DNA of 64,000 nt from Octopus vulgaris. Its lineage: Eukaryota. The translations under genes were made by a program, and so were the position numbers. Positions within the stretch are counted from its first letter, which is position 1. Each line of letters begins with the position of its first letter. Shown here one piece after another: positions 13,775 through 22,990 of this stretch. The stretch is from the NCBI GenBank assembly GCA_951406725.2, contig OX597824.1, positions 91,946,001 through 92,010,000 of the forward strand. The letters run 5' to 3'. The notes under the pieces are model-generated. The model was not told the origin of the DNA. It was given only the letters and a program-made list of their open reading frames with translations, and searched no databases.

Positions 13775-13988
13775 CGCCATGTTGATTCGCTAGCCTCTGC
13801 ACGCATTTTTTTCTCTCCTTGTTTCTTTCTGTGTTTCTTTTCTGTGTAACTTTCTGATGAAGAGCGTAGGCTCGAAACGTTAAAGCCTTGTTTTATTTAT
13901 ATTTCCTGAGCGCCATACTAATACAATTGTTTGTTTGTATTCCACCTGCCTTCGTCTTTTGGTTATTTTCATAAAGCTTCCCGTTATA
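13775..13988 (+). mobile_element. Short Penelope-like pLTR / non-autonomous element in (TA)n
   Basis: Carries a minimal HHR. Homologous copies at 50408-50628 (+) and 21245-21336 (-) share cctgagcg..atactaataca...cacctg.cttcgt. Confidence 0.7.
13850..13885 (+). ncRNA. Minimal type I hammerhead ribozyme
   Basis: CTTT-CTGATGA-A-GAGCgtagGCTC-GAAACGT-T-AAAG: stem I CTTT/AAAG, stem II GAGC/GCTC, palindromic stem III ACGT, GUU site at 13881. Confidence 0.8.
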
Positions 13989-14117
13989 TGTATACATATA
14001 TATATGTATGTATGTATTTATACATACATACGCACACACACACACATATTTATATATATTCGAGTGAGTAGATAAACGAAAGAAGGACACTTAACAAATT
14101 TATTGAGAGTAACATGT

Positions 14118-14245
14118 ATGGTTTAAAACAGTTTGATTCAAGTTCGTTGGTACTCCTGAGTTTTGAATCCGCAATGGCTGACGACTAGCATCGCGCTTGA
14201 AACTCAATTGCGTCAACGAATTTGAATCAAACTGTTTTGATCCAT
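14118..14245. repeat. Foldback containing a split, decayed hammerhead
   Basis: Arms atggtttaaaacagtttgattcaagttcgttg / caacgaatttgaatcaaactgttttgatccat. CTGACGA (14178)...GAAACTC lies on the plus strand; the left arm on the minus strand reads AAACTCAGGAGTA-CCA. Confidence 0.6.
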
Positions 14246-14256
14246 ATGTGTGTGTG

Positions 14257-15008
14257 TGTTAAACTAAATTAGACAACAAAACCAAGGCTGTGTGGAGTTT
14301 TCAGGACATTTAGAAAGAGAAAGCCTAACAGCTGTTTCTTGGATATTAGGGATATCCCTCCATCAGAGAAGATGTGAGATGGTTAAATAGAGGGAAATAT
14401 TAGAGTTCAATATGAGGAATAATTTTGGAAAAGGAAGGAAACAAGGTGTATATAGGGAAATAGAAGAATGAATGTAAAAATAAAAATAAAAACGTATAAA
14501 GATGTTATAATTGCAGTTCCATTATCCAAGGAAAATGGTGTATAGAAGTGGTAGGAATGCTTCCTGTGAGTGGTATATAAATTCCAGTAGGAGTTCAGAT
14601 TTTGTCATCACAAATGGAAAGAGTGGAGACGTAGATTTCATGTGCTGTTCATTCGGATTCGGTAGATTGACAAAATCTAAACACCTTCTGGAATTTACAT
14701 ACAACGGACAGAAAGTATTTCTACCACTTCTACACACCACTTTCATTGGACAATAGAACTGCAACTATAACATTTTTCTACATTTTTATTCTCCTATTTC
14801 ACTCCTTATACACTCCATATTTCCTTCCTCTTCGAAAATAACTCCTTATATTGGACTCTAATATTTCCCTCTATTTAACCATCTCACATCGTCTCTGATG
14901 AAGGGTTATCACTACTATTGCAGAAACAGCTGTAAGACTAACTTTCTCTTTATGAATGTCCTGAAAATTCCACACAGCCTTGGCTTTGTCGTCTCATTTT
15001 ATTTAACA
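14257..15008. mobile_element. ~750-bp imperfect palindrome (inverted Penelope-like pLTR pair) with a hammerhead in each arm
   Basis: The left ~350 bp is the reverse complement of the right ~350 bp (e.g. ccaaggctgtgtgga/tccacacagccttgg; gatgtgagatggttaaatagagggaaatattagagt/actctaatatttccctctatttaaccatctcacatc). The mutually similar ORFs 14511+ and 14522- reflect this symmetry. Confidence 0.85.
14891..14938 (+). ncRNA. Type I hammerhead motif (stem II decayed); mirror copy at 14323-14370 (-)
   Basis: GTCT-CTGATGA-...-GAAACAGCTGT-A-AGAC: stem I GTCT/AGAC, palindromic stem III ACAGCTGT, GUA site. The mirror copy has core CTGATGG and stem II GGATA/TATCC. Confidence 0.65.
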
Positions 15009-15438
15009 TATAGATGCTCATTCAAGACCTGCATTAGACTCCTCACTCGTATCATTATCGAACCGAGAGTTTAACTACAGTCCTTCTATAGCACTTACAT
15101 AGCTTTACCTGCCATCTTCGGTCTTCTGAATACCAATACCTCTCATACCTAAATATATATATATATATATATGAGAAAAAATAAGTTCAAAAAGAACAAT
15201 TCAAACTTATTGAGAGATTCAAAAAGAGAGAAAAATAGAGACAAAAATTATTTCTAATGAAGATTCATCATATTCATAAAAAAACAGCCAGAGCAAGTAA
15301 TAAGAATATGACACTAATAGTTGAAAAATTTTGTTATAGGCATAAATATACCATAAACAAGTATTAAAAAATCTATAAAAAATATACTTTTTTATACTTG
15401 CTTATACTATATTAATATATATAACGAAAGTTTTCAAC

Positions 15439-15489
<51 letters not shown>

Positions 15490-15696
15490 TCCCATCCAAT
15501 CGCACACGCACGTTGTATGTGTTTTCTTTGTACGCCAAATAGCGGTCTTGGATAGGTCGTCAGTTTACAGAGAATAACATAGAAATCAGTTTCTGACTCG
15601 GTACATTGTCAAGTACTTTGCCCGTGGCTAAGAGTTATTTTGACTCTTATAACTAGCCATGCTGGTACTGATATACACGCGTAGTCCTTTTATTGA

Positions 15697-15732
<36 letters not shown>

Positions 15733-15749
15733 CTTGTGTATATACACAA

Positions 15750-15980
15750 GGCGGCGAGCTGGCAGAAACGTTAGCATGCCGGGCGAAATGCGTAGCCGTA
15801 TTTCGACTGCCGTTACGTTCTAAGATCAAATTCTGCCGAGGTCGACTTTGCCTTTCATGCTTTGGGGGTCGATAAATAAAGTACCAGTTTAGCACTGGGG
15901 TCGATGTAATCGACTTAATCCCTTGGTCTGTCCTTGTTTGTCCCCTCTATGTTTAGCCCCTTGTGGGTAGTAAAGAAATA
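15750..15980 (+). mobile_element. SINE family B (full length)
   Basis: Head ggcggcgagctggcagaaacgttagc, B-box-like (g)ttcaaattcc, and conserved core gtcgactttgcctttcatcctttcggggtcgataaataagtacc. Many copies in the window. Confidence 0.85.
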
Positions 15981-16709
15981 TATATATATATACTATATAT
16001 ATGCATGCATACTATATATATATGTGTGTGTTTGGGTGGGTCTGTGTGTGCACGTTAAAACTGTATAGGCTGAGATCATCGCTGTAATTGTTGAATTTAT
16101 AAACAGAGTGGTTGCCTGTTTCCTTCTGTTTGGCCAAATTTATATGAATCCAGCAAGATTCGAAAATCGATTAACGTGGTTCATACCACTTTTCCCCCCA
16201 TCTATAGAAAAACAGCTAAAATAACCCTGTTTAGAGAGGCACTATATAGGTTTTGTGTATATGAATACACACAGAATGTAGCCATTTTGCTATTCATTTC
16301 ATTCTCTCGTTCATCTTGCAACCTTTTTCCTCAAATATTTGTTTACGTCTGCGTTTGTTAATAGCTTCGTATATTCATCGTTCTGTACCGCGGTTCTTTG
16401 AAATAAATATATTTTTATAGATTTACTTCACCAAGAATATAAAATGAAATAACACTCACGGATAAAAAAACATATTTAAATCTATTTTAAATGGAAATCT
16501 AAAATGATAAATAACTAAACAAATAAAAATACATCAACATGTAAAACCTGTATGATATATTCTCTGGCAAAAAAAAAAAAAAATAATAAAAACCTATGAA
16601 TCGACTCATTTTCAAAATCTCATTTATTTTCCCATATATTATTATGAGTTATACAGAGGTTAATAAAATAGGCTTCTCCCACTCCCCCCTCTCTCTCACT
16701 TTCTCGATC

Positions 16710-16746
<37 letters not shown>

Positions 16747-16834
16747 CACTCTCTATCTAGCTGTCTGTCTATCTACTTGTCTGTCTATGTATCTTTATAA
16801 GTTTATTTAGAATGTATGTATAAATTCTCTTCTA

Positions 16835-17221
16835 CTCGCAGCACAAGGCCCGAAATTTTGGAGGAGGCGAACAGTCAATTAGATAGACCCCAGGATGCAC
16901 CTGGTACTTAATTTATCGACCCCGAAAGGATGAAAGGCAAAGTTGACCTCGGCGGAATTTGAACTCAGAACGCAAAAACAGGCGAAATACCTATTTCTTT
17001 ACTACCTACAAGGGGCTAAACACAGAGAGGACAAACAAGGACAGACAAACGGATTAAGTCGATTACATCGACCCCAGTGCGTAACTGGTACTTATTTAAT
17101 CGACCTTGAAAGAATGAAAGGCAAAGTCAACCTCGGCTGAATTTGAACTCAGAACGTAGCGGCACACGAAATACCGCTAAGAATTTTGCCCGGCGTGCTA
17201 ACGATTCTGCCAGCTCGCCGC
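16835..17221 (-). mobile_element. SINE family B with tandem duplication of body
   Basis: Reverse complement of the 15750 element; the core gaaaggatgaaaggcaaagt is present twice. Confidence 0.8.
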
Positions 17222-17257
17222 GTTAGAATTTATGGATATATGTATATATACATAAAT

Positions 17258-17318
<61 letters not shown>

Positions 17319-17333
17319 TATGTATATGCATAT

Positions 17334-17423
<90 letters not shown>

Positions 17424-18817
17424 TTATATGTTGTAAACTCGCGAGAGAACGTGAAATAATTCTTTGGGAATAGCAGTTCTCGACACAATATACATAGAGT
17501 TACAAAGAATGGCCTGTAGATATTTAGTTGAAAAACCCTTTTGCATGGAATAATCAGGATAAATACAATTCAATGAATAAGTATAAGTACGTTATAAGTA
17601 TATTACTCAACGTCTGAGAGCTTTGTGAAAAGCACTACGCATAGAACTCTCACGCCTTCAGTTACATGGACAACAAAAGATATAACAAGAATGTTAATGC
17701 TCATAACAACAATACAATAATGATTTACAATAATATATATATATAAATATATTATATAGTATGTACATTTTGAAAGTATCCAAATGATTTTCTTATTTCC
17801 CCTGAAATAGCGAAGCAGTTCGTAGTTATGAATGAGAATATATTTGAAAGAAATGAATTTTTGATAATAGATCCCCCTTTAATCTGTATATAATAATGTG
17901 TGTAAATAGAGTTGTAAGGCGACTATAGTTAGAGACTATAAGATAATGTTTCGAGTTACAGGAAGAAATAAAAAAAAATGTCATAGTGTGATTCTAAGTC
18001 AAGTAAAACTTAAAATACTTGTTATACTTGAACGCCAATGAAAAGTAAAATCTTCGAAAATCTCCGTAAAGGCCAAATTCTTGGTAAGGACTTATTAAGT
18101 AAGTGGAGAACATTAACCTAGCCGCGTTATGTCATCGAAAATACGGAGCTCAGGAATATTTAGAATTTTCCGTCTTTTACGTTTTCTTTCGAAAAATGTT
18201 CACCCTCCGAATATTCTTCCTTTTCGTTGCCTACTTTTCTCCTATTAAACATTTTCTCCCTCCCAACGATTATTTACTATAATTACTGCCATTTTAGACA
18301 CTTGCTTTATTTCGTCTTACTTCTACCTTCTGCCATCTCACTCGTAAGCAACCACCGTAATTTCCATGCAAAAGAGACGTACTTCTTCGAAATCAGACAT
18401 GAAACTATCGAAGTCCCTCAGTTCGTTTGCCGAAAACGGGAGCAAAACTGCAACATTCATACAGTTCACTTACAATTACCATCATAATTATAATTTAAAT
18501 TCTCCTAAACATATTGTCTCTCAATTCTACGGACCAATTTCGATTTACTTCATTTAAATACATAATTCCGCTTCTTCAGGCAATTCGTCGTTGTTTTATT
18601 GGGATTTTCTTTCATTTTCCAAATCATAAGATTCTAACAATTTTCACATTACATCTTCAATTGACCATTTATTTTTTCCAATCCTGTCAATTCTGATTAG
18701 CGCAATATTTTTCTCCAGCACAATAAATATTTCCGTAAAATTTTCTAAAGTAGAGGGTTGGAAAAATGTCGTCGTCATCCTTTCCATTATTTGAGTTTCT
18801 CTAATAATAATAATAAC

Positions 18818-18898
<81 letters not shown>

Positions 18899-18989
18899 AA
18901 CAAGAACAAGAACAATAATAATAGCAACAATAATAACAACAACAACAACAACAACAAAAACAATAATAACAACAGCAACAACAATAATA

Positions 18990-19793
18990 AATTAAATGCA
19001 AAAGATATAGACAGAGAAATCCCAGGAATGGCTGAGAAGCTCAAGACTCAAAGCAGATACTGAGGGATTTTTAATTGCAGCACAAGATCAACACCTTCCC
19101 AACAGAAACTACCAGAAACATAACAAGTAACTGCAGAATATGTGGAGATGGACAAGAAACAATAAATCATGTTATCTCTGGCTGCCCAGTCCTGGCTAAA
19201 AGGGAATATATTCACAGACACGCCAGAGTTGGGACCTACATACACTGGAAGCTATGCCAACATTATGGAATAGCAACAGAAAAAAGATGGTATAGGCAAA
19301 CACCAGAAAAGGTCACAGAAAACGAGAAAGCAACCATACTCTGAGATATGCCGATACACACAGATAGAGAAATTAAGGTCAACAGACCAGATATAGTTGT
19401 CAGAGATCATGAAGGAAAAATGCTTTCTAATTGATGTATCAATACCAGAGCAGATAACAACGTGTTTCTAAAAGAAATGGAAAAACTTTCAAAATACAAA
19501 GACCTGGAAACAGAGGTAACTCGAATGTGGAATCTGAAAACAGAAACAATTCCTATCATAGTAGGTGCATTAGGCATGATAAAAAATATTCAGACAAATA
19601 CATAACAAAAACACCAGGACTTACAAACACATATAACATACAGAAAATTGCACTACTAGGCACTGCACATATCCTACGCAAAACACTTTCAATACAGTAA
19701 TCATAAGAGCATCATAGCAAACCACAGCACACAGAGCTGCGCTCGGAAGTGAAGTGAAAGTACGCTATAAATTTAAAACTACTGAATAATAAT
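18990..19793 (+). mobile_element. 5'-truncated Dong/R4-like LINE (CCHC + restriction-like endonuclease), pseudogenised
   Basis: CRICGDGQETINHVISGCPVL, NRPDIVVRD and EKLSKY motifs. Closely similar to 36640-37477, with a stop and frameshifts. (AAT/AAC)n upstream; ends ACTACTG(AAT)3. Confidence 0.9.
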
Positions 19794-19800
19794 ATGATTA

Positions 19801-19837
<37 letters not shown>

Positions 19838-19997
19838 TATATATATATGTTTGTGTGTGTATGTATATAATTAAGAGAAATAGCCTCTATTAATTGATTA
19901 ACTAGTGAAAGACATTATCCATATTATATAGAAAAATTATATATACTATAATAAATATTATTTTTTAAAAAATCATTAAATTAAGTAAACATTAAAT

Positions 19998-20097
19998 TGA
20001 CTATGCGTGTTTCGTGACTATATCTTTAAATTGCTAATAATAAAATCGATAATATTAAAATTAATTCGATGTAAAAATATAGCCACTCTTCAGGGGT
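19998..20097 (-). ncRNA. Hammerhead-like motif with long stem II (stem I partner not found)
   Basis: Minus strand: CCC-CTGAAGA-GTGGCTATAT...(ATCGA/TCGAT inner helix)...ATATAGTCAC-GAAAC-acgcata-GTC. The 10-bp stem II is clear; no complement of CCC follows GTC. Confidence 0.55.
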
Positions 20098-20683
20098 AAA
20101 ATAATAGTAAAATATATGTATGTATCTTAACATATAATAATTATCAAATAAATATAGAAATATACGTATCGTAACAATAATAATCGAATAAAATATAACA
20201 ATATAAATGAAAAATAAAATCATAACTTATTGAATTATACGAGTTAACTGAAATTTTAAACATTAAACCCTGCGTTGCCAAGAAATTTATCATGTGAAAA
20301 CATGACGTAAATAATAACTGTAAAATAAATATATAGAAATATGAATTTTAGCTGCGAAAATAACAGATAAATTCTATGTAATATACCATTTACTGGAAAA
20401 ATTCCAAATTCTCAATAATTTAAAACGAAAATACGTAAAATACATAAAATAAACTAAATTTCGATAACTTAATCAATTTATTTATTTATTTTATAAATAC
20501 CTTGGTTTAATCTTGTTTTAATTATGTAATGTACACTACATAATCTAGTGCAAATTTATACTCATTATACTACTACACATTATAACTACACACATTAGTG
20601 ACATAAATCAGGGTTTAAATATATGCAAAAATTAGCTAAACTTATTATATAAGTAATTTAAATTATGTCTCTCAACTTGGGAA

Positions 20684-21148
20684 TTAACCAATTTTTTTAT
20701 TAGATTGTAATATCTCCAGAAATTCATTTGTGCATAGTAAACAATTACCAATTTGATAAGATTTAGCTTTACAAACTATCTCCCAATTTAAATTATACTT
20801 AATTCCTTTAGATTTCAATTCCCATACATATTTGCTGAGGCCAGTAGAATTAATCAATGTTTTATTATGAAATGAATGCATGTGTTGAGCCACCCTTAAT
20901 TCAATTTTATTAGAAGTCGACCCCACGTAAATCGCATTTAAAATATTACTATTCCTATTAATATTATCGTCACCCAAAGTCACTACACATTTATATACAA
21001 CATCCTCCAAATTACATTTATTTTTAAATTTACATTTTGTCTTATCTCTACATGTAAAATTAATTATATTCTGGTCTTTATTATTATTGAAATAATTATT
21101 TAATTTGTTAATGTAAAACTGATTAAGCTTAAATCTATTAAAAGAATA
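20684..21148 (-). pseudogene. Penelope-like GIY-YIG endonuclease domain fragment
   Basis: The frame is open upstream of the listed ORF as far as the TA tract: ...FTCRDKTKCKFKNKCNLEDVVYKC...IYVGSTSNKIELRVAQHMHSF...STGLSKYVWELK...WEIV...CLLCTNE. This gives a Cys-rich linker, VVY/YVG (GIY/YIG), R...H and CxLC..E, as in PLE endonucleases. No RT is present. Confidence 0.85.
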
Positions 21149-21215
<67 letters not shown>

Positions 21216-21244
21216 ATCTATATATATATATATAGTTCAAATTG

Positions 21245-21336
21245 ACAGGAAGTAAAAAACGAAGGCAAGTGAACGACCAACAAGCAGGTGTATTAGTTCA
21301 ACGCTCGGAAATAATGGAAAAGTCTTTGACGTTTTG
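21245..21336 (-). mobile_element. Truncated copy of the 13775 pLTR-like family
   Basis: Minus strand aaacgtcaaagac...ccgagcgttgaactaatacacc...cacttgccttcgtt matches 13875-13960; truncated inside the HHR. Confidence 0.6.
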
Positions 21337-21438
21337 TTTCTTTTTCTTTTACACACACACACCCACACACATATGTATGTATGCATGTACAAAATGTATT
21401 GAGTCCCACTTTGTTCGTATTTTCCACTCGCTGTTGAA

Positions 21439-21480
<42 letters not shown>

Positions 21481-21488
<8 letters not shown>

Positions 21489-21586
21489 TCAATATAGGTG
21501 GCAAAAAAATTTTGTAGAATTTTTTGCCACCAGCGGCCTAGTGGGAAAAATTAAATAGTCATAGACCATTTTAAAGTTCAACATCA
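21481..21586 (-). repeat. Inverted partial unit heading the tandem array
   Basis: Reverse complement of 21640-21745 (tgatgttgaac...attgattaattat). Confidence 0.9.
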
Positions 21587-21900
21587 TTGGCTGTTATTTC
21601 TAGTGGGTGAATGGCCTATTATGGCCGTTCCTTGATTGTTGATGTTGAACTTAAAAATGGTCTATGACTATTTAATTTTTTCCCACTAGGCTGGTGGCAA
21701 AAAATTCTACAAAATTTTTTTTGCCACCCTATATTGATTAATTATGAATTTTCTGGTTAATTCCGTAATGGAATCGACGGCTTATATTTATTTGCTGCCG
21801 ATAAATTTGCTGCGAGTGCGACGATTTGAAAATTTTAGGTCAGATATAACCTTGGCAAGGTCGGAAATGCCTCGTGAAAATATCTGTTCCGACTTGGGCT

Positions 21901-22007
21901 ATTTCTTACTGAAGAATCTGAGGGCCTATGGAAGATTGGCTTGATTTAATTTAATCAGGTTAGTTTACCATTAATCAGCAGATGAAACGGTGCATCGTAT
22001 AAGAAAT
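21901..22007 (+). ncRNA. Type I hammerhead ribozyme, copy 1 (predicted cleavage after A21999)
   Basis: ATTTCTTA-CTGAAGA-ATCTG-[58 nt]-CAGAT-GAAA-CGGTGCATCG-TA-TAAGAAAT: 8-bp stem I, 5-bp basal stem II, near-palindromic stem III ACGGTGCATCGT, GUA site. Confidence 0.9.
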
Positions 22008-22392
22008 TACAGGGTAAATGTTTTTTAAATTTTCTCCTGGTTTACGGAATTAATTTTTATTTGCGGTTGAAGCTTTGGCTGTTATTTCTAGTGGGTGAAT
22101 GGCCTATTATGGCCGTTCCTTGATTGTTGATGTTGAACTTAAAAATGGTCTATGACTATTTAATTTTTTCCCACTAGGCCGCTGGTGGCAAAAAAATTCT
22201 ACAAAATTTTTTTTGCCACCCTATATTGATTAATTATGAATTTTCTGGTTAATTCCGTAATGGAATCGACGGCTTATATTTATTTGCTGCCGATAAATTT
22301 GGCGCGAGTGCGACGATTTGAAAATTTTAGGTCAGATATAACATTGGCAAGGTCGGAAATGCCTCGTGAAAATATCTGTTCCGACTTGGGCT

Positions 22393-22499
22393 ATTTCTTA
22401 CTGAAGAATCTGAGGGCCTATGGAAGATTGGCTTGATTTAATTTAATCAGGTTAGTTTACCATTAATCAGCAGATGAAACGGTGCATCGTATAAGAAAT
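22393..22499 (+). ncRNA. Type I hammerhead ribozyme, copy 2 (predicted cleavage after A22491)
   Basis: Same sequence as copy 1, offset 492 nt. Confidence 0.9.
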
Positions 22500-22883
22500 T
22501 ACAGGGTAAATGTTTTTTAAATTTTCTCCTGGTTTACGGAATTAATTTTTATTTGCGGTTGAAGCTTTGGCTGTTATTTCTAGTGGGTGAATGGCCTATT
22601 ATGGCCGTTCCTTGATTGTTGATGTTGAACTTAAAAATGGTCTATGACTATTTAATTTTTTCCCACTAGGCCGCTGGTGGCAAAAAAATTCTACAAAATT
22701 TTTTTGCCACCCTATATTGATTAATTATGAATTTTCTGGTTAATTCCGTAATGGAATCGACGGCTTATATTTATTTGCTGCCGATAAATTTGGCGCGAGT
22801 GCGACGATTTGAAAATTTTAGGTCAGATATAACCTTGGCAAGGTCGGAAATGCCTCGTGAAAATATCTGTTCCGACTTGGGCT

Positions 22884-22990
22884 ATTTCTTACTGAAGAAT
22901 CTGAGGGCCTATGGAAGATTGGCTTGATTTAATTTAATCAGGTTAGTTTACCATTAATCAGCAGATGAAACGGTGCATCGTATAAGAAAT
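22884..22990 (+). ncRNA. Type I hammerhead ribozyme, copy 3 (predicted cleavage after A22982)
   Basis: Same sequence as copy 2, offset 491 nt. Confidence 0.9.

Larger units (their letters stand above)
19870..21152 (-). mobile_element. 5'-truncated Penelope-like retroelement (GIY-YIG end + 3' region with hammerhead) inserted in (TA)n
   Basis: GIY-YIG ORF fragment followed downstream by an HHR-like motif; both ends abut TA microsatellite. Confidence 0.75.

Noticed and set aside
15515-15570. Minus-strand CTGACGA...GAAA
   Set aside because: No helix adjoining both core segments and no stem I partner.
17420-17735. TA-flanked insert with CTGAAGG and a GAGAG/CTCTC helix on the minus strand
   Set aside because: Probably a decayed pLTR-like repeat (partly related to ~23200-23240), but GAAA and the cleavage site are absent, so no ribozyme call.
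18150-18780. Possible decayed DNA transposase (MULE-like) on the minus strand
   Set aside because: Only a faint motif resemblance amid many stops; not supportable without a profile search.
21744-22927. Thrice-repeated 66-aa ORF (MNFLVNSV...) in the array units
   Set aside because: No recognisable motif. It is repeated only because the unit is, it overlaps the ribozyme, and I saw no equivalent in the 60.4-kb homologue. Although 492 is divisible by 3, this frame has a stop, so it is not an endless circular ORF.
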